From: Catajapyx aquilonaris | Lineage: Eukaryota | DNA length: 56,233 bases | Reading direction: 5' to 3' | Assembly (NCBI GenBank): GCA_000934665.2 | Contig: KZ538650.1 | Location: forward strand, 1-56,233 | Shown here: positions 36,491 through 50,599 of the stretch, in pieces | Layout of the letters: each line of letters starts with the position of its first letter | Numbering within the stretch: the stretch's first letter is position 1 | Made by a program: the position numbers and the translations under genes | The notes under the pieces: generated by a model | What the model saw: only the letters and a program-made list of their open reading frames with translations | Databases searched by the model: none | Told to the model about the DNA's origin: nothing

Positions 36491-39400
36491 TCAGGTGGAT
36501 CCTGAATAAGGAAATGCAAAGGAAGAGCCACTGTTATTCCTTGTGTTGATGCTGGATTCCAGTTCCAAAATCTGTTGGGTTATCTCGGAATCCAGCTCAT
36601 TGTGCTGCAGGTTAAGAGTGTATGATGCAGGCAAGTCAGACCAGCAGCACTTGGAGCTGTCTAACTCCAGACCTCGAAACACAGAAACTGGAATTTCATC
36701 ATTGTATGTGAAGTAGTCTGTAAGGAAAATAATCATTGATATAAAATGCAGTGACTTGACAAATGGTTATGACATCATCACTACTTAGGTGCAGAACATT
36801 TAAATGATTTCATCACATTACACTGTAACTTTGATCAATGCAAAATATTAGCAGTTATAAATACTTCGTTACGATTTCTCGAATACAAGGTGTAAAAATA
36901 GGCCAGTACCATGCATGTTAATGTTGTACAAACTGTACGCTACACAGGATACTGTACTGTGGGTTTGCTAACCTCCAATGAGTGAAGCAGTAGATGAAGG
37001 TGTTCCAAGATCTGGAGAAGGTGGTTCTGTGGGCGAGTTGAGCTGCGTTGGGGACAGCGTTTCAGGCGGTGGCAGTGTGAGCTGCTTCTGTTCCTCTTTG
37101 GCCACGTGGTTCTTGGCATGCTTTCGAAGTGAGCTGGGATCAGTGTACCTCTTGGGGCAACCCGGAACTTGACACACATATGGTTTCTGTGGAATTAAAT
37201 TTTTCAGCGTTTAGTGCACATCATTGCAGTTATTATGGGATTTATTCCAATTGGTGCAAATGAGCAAATAAGAATGTCATGATCCATGTATAGTTATACT
37301 CAATGACTTCAGAATGACTAATAAGTATCTTTCCCACAATCAGGAAAGGGTTAGCTATCAGTGTGCAATTTCAGCACTCCTAGTGGTCTGAAAGTGGGTT
37401 AGGTAGCCCGGACATACAAACAAACATTCAGAGAAACTTTCCCATTTATACTGTAAGTGTAAGAGATACTTGTAATATATAAATGACTAATGAGATCTTT
37501 TGTTCTGATACCAACTGGCTGTAATGAATAATGGTGTAATTAAACTAACCGTCTCCATGTGAGTCCTCTGGTGTTTGGCTCGATCAGAGCTGTTGCTGAA
37601 GGCTTTCGGGCAGAAGGGATATTGGCACACATACGGTCGTTCCCCAGTGTGCGAACGGATATGAATTTTGAGATTCTCCAGCCTGGAAAATGCTTTCGGG
37701 CATCCTTCAATCTGCAAAATAAGTAAGTTCACATCAAACTCTCTTCAATGAAATGACTCTTAATCCACACGTCAGCATTAATTCATTTTCTCATAAAATC
37801 AACTCAAGTGTTCTCATGCACAGTGTTTGGTTATACCACGCTGCTGCTGTTAATTCTGCGTAAACCTGCTGGACCATATAACAGGCTGAGCCAGTAAAGC
37901 CCAGGGATATGGTGGCAGGCTCAGTAATCACTTAGGGTGAGTGATAAAAAAGGGTTGTAAGCAAGGGAGAGGAGACACCCATCCTTGACAAGCCAGGATT
38001 GGTGTCGGGTGTCCCACTGCAGCAGCTGCACCTGTCCCCATCTCTCTCTCACACAGACTCTCTCTGATTCCCACGACCCCCAAGGCCTGGATGGGTGCTC
38101 CATACACTCATATGCAATATCAGTGCAAAGAGTTTCAAAGGAAGACAACCTGTCCAATGCTCCTTCATAAGTATGTTTGTATGATGAATCCTCATAAAGA
38201 ATTTTCCTATTACTGAATTTTTATCCTGTTGTACCCCATGGATGACACCCGCCAGCTCCCTTCTTCAGCCAGAAAAAAATGGGATGCGAGTTAATGTCTT
38301 AGGAGAAGAGATGCAATCCAGAAGGGGCCTCGAGACCCCTCTTCCCTATTAGGAGCTAAGGAGCGTCAAATGATGTAGGGCAAAGCAAAAAAAAAAAAAA
38401 AAGAGAGAGAGAGATGAAGATGAGGCGGAGTGAGCCAACTGGCACGACATAAATCAGGGGAGGTCGGCAGGTGACTTGTCAACCAGTAAATGCCGCCGTC
38501 GTGGGAATTCGCCTTGAGGTCACTGGGTGCTCCGTATCAAGTTTCATAACCCGCGATCCCAAACCTTATATATTTACGTGTGTGGTGGCCTTCACGCACC
38601 TGCCTCCCTTCACAGTTCTGCCAATATTGCTATTGGTCCACTGTTAGGTTCGGTTTTTCATGCACCAACTGGTGTCAACCACTGCCAATGCTGGTTATGA
38701 ATCTCACATTTCTTTTTATGGCCAAAGTGACATTAGATGCGAGCAACGTGTTCGCACATCCGCTGCGATTTTTTGCGCTATTTGTTTGTTACTGTTACTG
38801 AAATTAATACTCGGTGCCTGCGTGGCCATCATCGGAAGAAGTGTCCTGCTGGATAGGCTTCCGCATAACATATTGTGAATCTAATTTATTTTGGCCCCAG
38901 TTCAATAGGATATGTGAAGATGTTAAGTACTTACGGTGCATTTGTTGGGCTTCTCTCCCGAGTGGACCCGCATGTGTATGAGTAGCTTGTACCTGGCGTT
39001 GAATGGCCTTAGTTTTCTTGGACATGCCCTCCAGAGACACACGAAGTCCTCTCCCTTCCGACACTCGACGTGACATCTCTCCAGGTGAGCTGACAGCTCC
39101 GTCTGAGCACCGAAACTGGCACTGCATCCAACCCATTGGCAATCCATAGGTGCACCCACACCGACACCTACACCTCTCGCATCTTCCATCATCTCATCAA
39201 GCACATCCACAGGAGCTTTCAGAGTGTTCGCACTGAAATCAAACGGCCCAAGTTCAAGTACCGGTATTTTACGGGAGGGGGGAAACTAATTTTTTGGAGA
39301 AAATTTTCATTTTCCTACAAATTATCACATTTTCACTGACAGGACCTAAACGCCGAAAAACTTGGAGGTGAACCTGGCAATGTACGTAAATATAGCCTGC

Positions 39401-40670
39401 TTTTATGGGGTATCTCCCCGGAGGACGGATTTATTCAAGGATCATTGCAACATTCATTGCAACACCAGGGATTCCCTCGGCGATTAAGTCACAGACCAGT
39501 TAGTATAAGCAAGTATTTGAGTAATTTTTTTGAGTAATTGCATAAAACTTATTCAATATATAAAATTTAGGAGGTCATTATTAGACACGCTGTAGGATAC
39601 AAAAACCTATTAATTTTACCTGTCAAAAACAAATTCAGGAGATTCCAATGAAATTGTTACCAATGAAAAGAGGGACACCTGGCTGTGATTGGTTAAAACA
39701 AATGCTTAAAAAAAATGAAGAAGCTCCTTTATGCGATAGGGATAGGCTATTGCAAAAACGGTACAATTTCTTCGCAAACGCGCACTAGTTCCCCCACTGA
39801 AATAAGCCATTTTCTTAGCATCTAAAGCACTATCCCAGATGCCGCAATACCTGCGAAATTTTTTGTTTGCCTCTGGAGCAGAATTTTTAATGTATTGTAT
39901 ATATTGAAACATGGGTATTGACGACACAGCAATAACAGCACTTTTAAAAAATTGAGTCATTTTCCAAACGGGTCTTCCATACGGGTATGGTAAATTCTAT
40001 TGGTATTGCACTATTCACTTCTTTGGTACGGTACTACTAAAATTCAGCACTTTGGCATTTAATTAGTCTATTTTAATAATGCAAAAGTGTCTTACTCTAT
40101 ATGCTCCCATGTGTCTGAATCCTCCTTCCAAGCCAAGTGTTGCGAGTATGAAGGAGGTGGAGGCATCAGGAGACTGGCCTCTCTAGCTCCGATCAGATGG
40201 CCATAGTTGCCCCGGGGCCATGGGTCCATCAGGATGGTCTGATGCTGCTGGTTGATGGCCTCCTGCTTGATCTGATCCTGGTTGTCCAGAGGTGGTAGGG
40301 GAGGAAGCAAACTGGTTGGGGAGGCTCTGAGCAAGCTCATGCCCAGGTTAAGACCAGGGTTCAGGCCACTGTTGACATCTGGCTGGTGGTTGTGATGGTG
40401 GTGGTCAGTCTCCTCAGTGGCCATGGGCCAACACTCCAGCTCTACCAGCTGCATCGATTCTGTCCAACAAAGAGTTCAGTGGCGTCATTTACAAAGACAA
40501 TACAATGTCGATAACCTATAATGGTCATCGCGTGTCAACATAGAGAAATTATGTTAGTAAGTTGTCCAGTGTCAAATGAATGTCTCAATATTGGTACCTG
40601 GTGGTGGTGGTGATTGGGCCTGTTCCCAGTGGATGGCCGGTGAGGCCAAGGTGTCCTCTGATGGCGCCAT
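36491..40670 (-). CDS. lmd: GLIS1/GLIS3-type five-finger transcription factor (lame duck/gleeful orthologue candidate)
   Basis: Exons (minus) 40670-40598, 40459-40096, 39232-38935, 37711-37550, 37186-36973, 36717-36491. Diagnostic fingers [61 protein letters not shown] and [11 protein letters not shown]. The start codon is less certain. Confidence 0.88.
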
Positions 40671-41825
40671 GGTTGCTGCCTGGAAGAACACCGCGAAGAC
40701 AGGTCTGCTCAGAGCGAACTTTGTCAAGGCACTGATGATGGTCTGTCCTCTTCTTCAGGAGTCTGCTGGTTGACACTGGACACCATCAGACGCCATGCCT
40801 GCTGCTGCTGCTCTGCCCCCTCCCACTTTCTTTTTTTGCTCTTTATTTTTCCTCTCTCGTAGTTTTCTTCTCTTTCCCCATTTTTTTTTCCTTCTCTCTC
40901 TGCCTTTGCTTTTCACCCCCACGTTTGACAAGGCGACACAAAAAGTACGAGGCGGGTCGTGAGGTCAAGTAAATGAGCCCCGAAGCAACAGCCAGCCAAC
41001 CCGGGAGCTCCCAGCTGTGAAACGATGATGATGCACTTGCTCCTATGTGGCTGGGGCTTCAGCATTTCCATTTAGGAGGAAGGGGTTGGTTTTTTTCCCT
41101 TGTTTTTTCCACTAAACTTTCATATCTAAAAGTAGATAGGTAGATCACGCTTATCCTCACACTAGTACTGCTTCATATTTTTAATATTAATAAAAAAATT
41201 AGATGAGACAGATGACGCTATGCAACAATAATAATATAATCACTCCTGGATATTGATAATTTTTTTTCGTCTCACTTTCATCTTTCCTGGGATCTGATTG
41301 TTGAGAGGTGCTAGGATAGGCATGTCCAAAACTTTTTTGCAGGTTGCGCTAAAGCTTCTAATCCCGAGAATACAGTATATTCACAAAATGAAGGAGCAAA
41401 AAATATGTTTACAATATTATTCACATAGTTCTAGGACTAAACCAATATTACATAGGCCCACAATTACACAAAAAGAAATCCCAAACTGCTACTTTTATTT
41501 GAGCAAACCGATCAAACAATCACGGCAGGTACTCCAGTATCTAAAGAGAGAGCATTTTATAATTGTTGTATATTATATGTTTCACGTTGTTAGTGTGGTG
41601 ACAGATGGGGCTGTATAATTCCTCTTTCACTTCCCACGATTCCTTACTAGTTTTCTGCATCTCTCATCACCTCTGGTAAAACTTCGGGAGAAAAACAACA
41701 AAACATTAAAAGGATAAAATTTTCGAAAGAAAAAAAATAATTCTTGGTCCCAGGTTCCAGGACTATTAAAACTTCACATCATAATAATATATGATGTGTT
41801 GAAAAGATGATGTGAATTATGAGAA

Positions 41826-42052
41826 TGATTCTCTCGAATGGAAACCCAAAACATTCCTCAACAACCTTTTAACTACGGTACAGTTCCCGTCTTCCCGATG
41901 AAAATTGCCATGTAAGCCTACTTACCTTGTATGTTGCCTTGTATGGCAACATACAAGGTAAGTACAGTACATGTAAATATTCATCGGGAATCATACAATA
42001 GTTAAAAGGTTATTGAGCAATGTTCTGGTTTTCATTCGAGAGAATCACCCTG
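41826..42052. mobile_element. Tc1/mariner-like fold-back MITE
   Basis: TGATTCTCTCGAATG...AACCTTTTAACTA mirrored by TAGTTAAAAGGTT...CATTCGAGAGAATCACCCTG|TA, with a central hairpin TACTTACCTTGTATGTTGCC / GGCAACATACAAGGTAAGTA. The left terminus is eroded. Confidence 0.7.
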
Positions 42053-44542
42053 TATAACTTCGGCAAACCTACATTACGACGTACTGTTCATCACTGTAAA
42101 AAAAAAAACAATCAGAGGTTCAATTATACCCGATATGAATTTATTTTGTTCCGTCATTACAACAATACGCTTTCGTACTATGGACATGTGCTTCCCATAT
42201 AAAGCCTAGTAGCCAAAATGTCAGTATGACTACTTTTCTCAATATGTTATTATTATATTGCATAACATGACATGACGTAACCTCCAACTGCAGATATACT
42301 CTGAGGAGGTGCGAGTTGTGTCAATAACTCCTGGAAGCCAATAAAACAAGGCTTCTGAGTCGGAGAGGGCGTGTTTGCAACGCCAGTCATCCGTTTGAGT
42401 TCCCGTCAATCCTGAAAAAAAAAAAGTCCTCGGACATGACATGCATGGGCAGGCAGGCAGGGAAGAGTTAGGAGATTATTTGGTATATAGTGTTATGCGT
42501 CCGTTTTTGCCGCCCCCCCGCATAGAAGCGGCATCCGGTCGGCCTCGCGACCCTTCTCGCATCTAATAGGCCTACGCCTTTTAAATTTTTTTATTCTTAT
42601 TCCCCCCCCCCCCCTTTCACCCTCCCCTTTGCCATGGAAGATGATGGTGAGGAGCCACACGACTCATTCAGCCGAGCAAACAAACCCAAAACGAGCTATC
42701 CCCACTTTGCACCTTTCATTGTTAAATTAATGCAATAACATCAACATCAGTTCTTGTATTACCCTGGGGGATTACAACTGTAAATTATTCCACATGTACT
42801 CCATTTTTCACCATTTGCATGTTAATGATGTGATTCTGGCATTATTGTGTGACTAATTACTTCGGGTCATCCGATGCTGCGACAATATTTCTGGTTTCTC
42901 GCAAGCTGCCATGCATTTTGCGTTATATACTACAAAAAGAAGTTAACGTCCAGAAGTAGCCTGGCCATCATTTCCGTCTAATTTTAGAAGGCGACTGCCA
43001 TACCTCCGCGGAAGATCACGTTACGAAGTGTTAAAGGTTGTTCCACGCACCATATAAGATGACATTTATGACAGTTTCGGTACTTCCCAAGCACGACGAA
43101 ATGTGACGCCTAACTTGAAATAATGGCATAAAATGTGTCTGCCTCTCACCCCACATATCGGTAAAGCAATTATTAGGTATAAGTGCATCGGCTGTTTTGG
43201 CATAAAGGAGAAAATATAACATTTTAGCACGTGACATGCCGGTAAACCGATTACTTTACTGGTCGGTGACATGAATAATTTTTGCTATTTTTTCGTGTAG
43301 TGGTATCCTGGCGTTCTGCAACCATCAGCACTCCCCAGCAGGTGAAATTCGGGGGGACACACAGATTCACCTTGATGGCTGTATATAAAGTGCATAGCAC
43401 CAATAAAATACTCATACGTCAGTCATTTTAAAAAACAAGCAAAACAGCGAGTTAAACTAAGCCCGTTGTTCAGAGAATAAAATTAATTACACCCGAAATT
43501 TTTAATCATCCCCAAGTGTAGACAATTGCAACAGATGCATTACATTTCGACACGAGCAAAAATGGACGAATCAACCACGTGTGATCATAATATTATATTT
43601 TCTTCAGCCATTTGTTCCACTAGAGAGCGTAATTTAAAACCGAGCTGCGCACAGCATCAAACGCACGGTTCTCCGAAGGCGAATGTCTCAAAAGCGAGTG
43701 TGCGTGGCTATAATTATCAGCTGAATATTGGGGGACCCCCTAAGCAGGGACAAGCGCGTGCCTGGGCCTCCATCCTCGTGTCTGGATGGGCCCCCTGGAC
43801 AGCAGCTTGCCCAGGGATAAATCTGAATCCTCCAGAGTGTCTGCATGGCTGGCTGCTGTGCACGCGAGCTACGTACAGCCCCTGGCGTCCGACCGACCAC
43901 ACCCCCTCGCTCGTTATGATATCCCTTGCTCTGCCACACACGCACACCACACACTCGTATCTGCTCCTCAGAAGAAATCATCCAGCAGCTGCTCTCATGT
44001 GCATAAAAAAAGGCCATCCAGCAGACTCCTGCATTGTCGTAATTTGAGCATAATAGCTGCTGCTGTCCAATGCACTCCCTTCCACTTCGTAAAAGCATGC
44101 CATAACAGGTCACCGACCCTCAATGTTGCAGGAAGTCTGGACAAATGTTGGATGGTTTTTTTCATATGTTGACACCGAGGTCATTTACACTGTCCAGAAT
44201 AAACGGTACTTGAGCTACTACTTGGTTTGTGCCAAAGAAAATTACACTGCTACATGTAGTTACACACCATCTAACACAGTTTTGAGTCAAAAAGGACTGA
44301 TCATTCAGCAAACCAGATCTTCTGTTAATAACTTTACTGTTACTAAAATTTCGTAATTTTATAGCAAGAGCACGTTTGGTGGTCATCAGGTATAGGGGCA
44401 ACTTTTTAGCAATTTTTATAATTTGTAGCAATTGCAAGTAAAAATACAGCGAATGTAACGTGACATGTTGGACAGCCTTTAGTGGAAGAATGTGAGCTAC
44501 TTTCTAATGATGCTGGCCAAATCACCTGTGGTTTTCTGGCCT

Positions 44543-44555
44543 NNNNNNNNNNNNN
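44543..44555. other. Assembly gap (13 N) next to a poly-A tract
   Basis: Run of n characters; single N bases also occur at 7337 and 13544. Confidence 0.99.
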
Positions 44556-46701
44556 AAAAAAAAAAAAAAAAATTACCCTTCGGGAGCTAAATGACAAGAT
44601 TCTGCATCACAATTATTTTTAATAATGAATGTACACCAAATACAAAAAATATATATGCAAGGTAAAATACTGCCAAACCGTACACCTCCAAAAGGAGCGA
44701 GGAGAAAAACCCCCGAAACAACACAACTTGAAACTTAAAATAATAATCTGGCAGTATCCTGTGACACCAACATGGTTCTTTCCTGCATGTGTTTTAATCC
44801 CCATTAGCAGTTCCGAATATGCACCTGGGTCTGAAGAGCTGGTGACATAAGAAAACCACCATGTCCTCCTCCTCCCATCTCTGAGTTGTAGAGTTAAGCA
44901 ATAGTCCCCTTGCATTACCTTACATTACAAAACATCACAGTGAACTCTTATTATAATGCTTACAAAATGCAGTGAAACCTCATTATTTCAAAACTGAGGG
45001 GACCAAAAAACAAGATGGGAAATAGCTGACATTTCTCTCTTTCACCAAAAGGGTAACAAGTAGGAATGTAAAAGGGCCCATGGCCCTACGAACGGAGAAG
45101 GAAAATAAATAAAATAAAGTGAGAATGTAAAATGTTTGGCAGGTAGCAGTTCAGGGATCAGTTGACAGGTAGAAAATAGTCACTATTACACCTGTATTTC
45201 TTAGTATACATCCCTCTATTGAAATACTGGACTAGCTGCACTTTTCAACTGCTTTGGACAACCAAAAGCATTTCCCTAATAAAAACAGCCTTCTCTCTTG
45301 TGGTCAAGAAGGAAGAAATACTTGCATGTCAATGGGGTAACTATACGTCTGTTGACACTTTTCATAATATGGGGACACCCTGGAGGAAATCCCTTCTTCA
45401 CAAGAACTTGGAGGGCTGAACTGTATTAAGACTTAATACAATTTGAAGCAAATTTCTAAATCAGAGTTGCTTTTACACAGAAAGTGTGACGCTGAATTCA
45501 AATTAATAATTGTGTTCATATTCAAGAAATAAAAAGGACATACAGTATTTGATGGACACACTTTTATCCCCCAAAAATGGTTAAAAAATCACCCTGCGTC
45601 TCATATGCAAAAATACACGCAAGGCCTTTTTTCCTCAATTGATCTGCTGAAATGGAGGTGTCTTATATGCCCGTGCATCATATGCCGTCAAATATGGTAC
45701 TTGATATATCAACTGCTGGGCATGGGAGCTCGTAGGAGCTCTTGAGCATTCGGGCATATGTCAACTCACCATAATATGAATTAATAAGGTTTCACTGTAT
45801 TTTTAAACAATATATCAGTCTTGCAGAGCACAAACTCTGTTGAAATCAAAACATTTTCCATGGTCAGCACAAGACATTTTGGCAAGATCTCAATACCTAG
45901 CCTGAAATAGATCACATTCAAAATTACCTCAACTCCCTGAATGGTCCCACTAACCTGAGGAATGCATATCCTTGATGAACAAAATGCTAAATCAAGTACC
46001 TCCAAATGGATATAACCCTCGATATTGTTAACAAAAGCAAGGATATGCAACCCCATAAGACACATTTGATACATAAATCATGCGAGACACTTTCACATAT
46101 TACATATTTGGCACTAACACTCTGGTGCAAGTCAAGAAAATTATACTGCATAACCAAAAATAACAATTATGAAAAATAGATATTGACTCTTCATGTAGAT
46201 CTTGCAGCTACATTGCAGTTACACCACTATGACTTCACTTTAGCATAAATTAATAAGACATTTGTACTTCATTTCGCCTCATCCACCTTAATGGCCAAAT
46301 GAGCCAATGAAACTTGTGCAACATAAAAACCTTTAGGAGTAAAAAATCAAAATTAAAATGAAAAGAATGTCAAACTAAGCAATAGGATGATAAATCGCCC
46401 TAACGACACTATAATTACCTTGTGCCTTGGCAATATTATTGTATGATTTTAGGAAAACAGATTCAGCTGCCGCTTTAATTTCTCAATGCAAAAATAAACT
46501 AGTTGGAGTTAATATGAGGTGAATAATAATTGATTTATCAAAATACCGAACTGTTTAATCTGAAGAAAAATTCACCAATTGGTTCAGGTAAAATAAACAC
46601 TTGTACTCGACTTGCATAGTAGATTCAAAGTTTGTGAGAGTTACTGCAATATGGTGAGTGTATTTTTTTTTTAAATCAAATTCTGGGAGAAGACTACTTA
46701 A

Positions 46702-47269
46702 CCCTCTGGCCACCACTCCTCCCCTCACATGACTCATCAACTACTCATGCTTGACGTAATCGTATATTTAAAAATCAATATCTCATCAATGCTACGTTAG
46801 CCCCATGGGCCTATATCATTTGAACCGAACTGAAAGGCTGCTCCCACCAGATCTACTGTGCCGGTCCCAGTCTAGGCTGTGTGTAGCATAACAGCTAGAA
46901 CTATTTCTATATGCATCTACTCGAGGGTCAGAAAAAGACGTATACGCCTATATGGGATCAAACGATTCTACGCAAAAGATTGCTTAGAAACCGATCTAAT
47001 TAATCGTTACATTCCCAAAATTGAACTAGTCTTCATACAATCTTGACCATTGCGCATAGAAAACTTTTCCAATAAGGCCGCTGGAAGATGACATCATACG
47101 AAAAAGTCAGACAAAGCACTTGAGCATGTGACTTTTGTAGTGAATTCTGCTTGTTTTGCTTGTGAATGTGCTGATATAAACCGCATTAATTTACGATTTA
47201 TTGATTTTTCGCAAAAAAAATCTCAAAGTGAGTGTCCGTATAATTATCACGGAAACGTCGGCGAGAGGG
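46702..47269. mobile_element. piggyBac-like non-autonomous element
   Basis: TTAA|CCCTCTGGCC ... GGCGAGAGGG|TTAA: CCC termini with a TTAA duplication. Confidence 0.65.
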
Positions 47270-47754
47270 TTAAAAAGTATGGCAGGTATTTAAACTGAAG
47301 AAAAATGCTTCCTGTAATGGTGATTCAATTGAGAAATGCCAACAACATTCACTGATCTTAACAAAATGTTGAAAGTACTTTCCAGATTTCTCTTTCGGAT
47401 GTATACAGTACATCTTCTCTTCGCAATCAGCTAGTCACATTCTTCCCTAGACAATGTGGAGTTGATAAGTGACTCGTCACAAGCATGACGTGAACCCACT
47501 CCAAGCTTTTCTACCTTTCATGACTAATGCAATGTGTACAAAACTTGCCTAGTATATTTGGTTGATATTCTCTTCTTCTTTTCGCATTAACTTATAATTT
47601 TATCATTGAGTGCTGACACTCAACAGTAAATTTCCAATTAGCATTTAAAAGGGGGTTGACTGCAATATTTCACTTGCACTGTACTTATTTATCATGTTAT
47701 CATTTACACATTTACCTTATTAATAGGCAAACGGCCTGCAAAATCCACTCTATA

Positions 47755-48240
47755 CAGAAAGTACCTGTTTTACGCCGTTAATTGATTCCAGCAAAATGCT
47801 TGAGATAGGTTCCAAAGTTTCCAAAAAATTTCCATAGGCAGTACTAATATTGGTGTTTTAATGCTGAATACTTGAAACATTGATTAATGGGTGGTTCCAG
47901 GTTGAGGGCCATCGGGTTCTGAGGGCTCCTTTCCTTATTTTGGCAAGAACTGCAGTACATGTTGGGTATTTAACAACGGTTAGAGGACTCAGGCTAGTGC
48001 CAAGACCAATAATTCAGTACTGTATAAATCTATAGATCCTGATAAAGGGTACCACAAAAAACAAAAGAAGAGCCTTTACAGTTGTGTGTTTGGACTCGGA
48101 AGTGTTGCAGTGATGTGTGTATGTTCAGATGGTGTTGTCATCTTCAAATATTTTCGATAAAAAAATTTCAAATGTAATCTTAAAACCGGCGTTAATGTGA
48201 AACAGCGTAAATTGGAGCGGCGTAAAACCGGTTCTTCCTG
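47755..48240. mobile_element. Tigger/pogo-like MITE
   Basis: TA|CAGAAAGTACCTGTTTTACGCCG versus CGGCGTAAAACCGGTTCTTCCTG imperfect TIRs. Confidence 0.55.
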
Positions 48241-48826
48241 AACTGGCATATCACTATTATGTGCAAAAATGTAGCAATATTCCAACATACCCAGGGCTGG
48301 CACAAACACAAAAGGCAATTAATCCTACCACACACGTTTAACCAAACTCTTCATTTCAACTCCCAAAGGTACCTCCTATTCCACAAGGCAAACTGACTTG
48401 ACCGTAAGTGGCACAGGCCATATTCACTCTGTTTTATACCAACTTGTAACTTGTTTGCACAGATCTCACCTTACATCTTAATGCTATTACTAGGCCATCA
48501 GGTACAGAGACATGTAAATAAGGAAATATCACAACTACAATATCTACAATCCCCACAATGCAGTCTGGCTCCCGTAATGCAAAATAATAAATTAACTTCA
48601 GCATCATAAGTTTTACTCATAACTTAATCTTTCATATATTTAAATAACACAAAATCTTCGCACATTGGTTGTTATGTGCCAATAAGGAATGCATGTTATC
48701 CTTACTTTGATACTTGCATCCCCACTATACATCATCGTTTATTTTTCTTCATAACTTGGCAGTGAAAAGTGAGGTATATCAATCATTTAATTAATAGGAT
48801 GAGGGGGTGTATAGAACAATGTATGC

Positions 48827-50552
48827 TCATGGGAATTCCAATAATCGGGAAAGAGAGGGGCCTCCTTTGCCCAAGGGGTCCTGAGGGAAAAGAAGAGTAT
48901 CATTCACCCACATAAATCTCAGGACACGCTTCTGAATTGTCTCCCTCCAGGTAGGATCCTCCAGTAAAAGGTCCCGAAATTTGTCCCTTGAGATCACAAT
49001 AGCACCCTTCTCTGCAGCATATTGCAGAAACATTCTGCAACAAGTACAAACAGAAATAAACATAAGCAAGAAGGATTCCCACACCCATGCTGTGATGTCA
49101 CATGTAGAGATTGTGGCACCAGCACGGAGGGAGAATCTGGAGAAAATATTTCCAGTCCAAATTGGCCACCTTTCACTCATCATGATAAAATTTTCGACTA
49201 ACATTCAACCACCCCCTTTTCAGCCATGCCACTTTGTCACTTTGGGTTGGAATTAATAAGGGCATTCCTGACAAATACTGCTCAGATGGGTCCCAAGCCC
49301 ACCAAGCTAAGGTCAAAGGAGAGAGATCCAGCGTTTGTTTACCTTTACTGATCAAGTCTGAGCCAGATTGATACCTGAACTGACTTCAATCCCAGATAGT
49401 TCAATCCCAGGTTTTAGCCATCATTAAACTCACAGATCTTAGATTGCTAGTGTCATGTACATTTGCTGGGTATTAATCTTACCTGTCATCATAGCAAGTG
49501 TATTTTTCACCATCTCTTTCCCCACAAGGCGTGTACACGAGCACTCCACGATCCTCTAGCTCATTAAGAATCTTTCGATCTTGGTAGTTGCACCTAAACT
49601 TTCGATATTCAGGCAAAAAAGCTTTCACTTCATGTCCACGAGTCCAAAAATAATCAACACAAATCTGAAGTGCGTGACAAGAGAAGGCTGCAAAATTTCC
49701 TTGAGCTCCATGGCTAAACATAAAAAAGTCACATTATAGAAATTCAACCACTTCTGTGTTACAAACAAAGGCCTTACTAACCTCATTGCCACATTGCTTC
49801 CATCAATCACAATAGGTCGGAGACCAGTACGGCTGAGGCCATCAGAAGCAGGGGTAACCATATTATCACCATATATACTGCTTTGGTACAAATCTCTTCC
49901 ATGAACAAATGCCACCTGAAAAACACAGGATAATGCAAAATATTATAAATGCCTGCAGGCTTGTTTTGATTTCATCAAAAACCCTAGGGTCCTTTAGTTT
50001 TATACTGCAATGTTATCAGTTCCATCACATTTTTCTTCAGGGAACACCCTCGTATGGATTTAAAAAAAGTAAGGTGTGTAGAAAACATGACAGATCATGC
50101 TTTTCCATTGAGATTCTGGTTTGGCCAGAGAAAATTCAGTTAATTTTGGTAATGTGGGGATAACTATATCATGCTGATTGTGAGTAAAAGTCACCTACAT
50201 GACGTGGTGCAGGTTGTCCAGATGAGCCAGCAACAGCCTGTCATTCAAGAAAGTATTAGTTTGATTTATCACTTGTCACATCCCATTGATCTAGGAAATT
50301 GTTTGTAAGGTTGTATCTGACACCATATTGACTACTCTGAGCTAAATTCACTATTGAGCACCAATGCTAGGAATTAACATATACGAGATATATGGGGCAC
50401 TTCCAATTTTGCAAAGAAAAGTCCAAGGCTGGTTGGATGACAGCAAATTAGCCTCCGACTATTATTATTATTATTATTATTATTATGTAAAGTATTCCCA
50501 ATACCTGATGTGACATATCCTCCTGAGACCTGATGTCCAATATATTGGACAT

Positions 50553-50599
<47 letters not shown>

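Noticed and set aside
40755..40757. Selenocysteine or readthrough TGA extending the GLIS N-terminus
   Set aside because: No SECIS or readthrough context is evident; kept only as a possible uORF.
43526..44172. Overlapping 128-173 aa ORFs upstream of the GLIS gene
   Set aside because: A locally GC-richer patch open in several frames with no domain similarity or exon chain; probably repeat-derived or regulatory.
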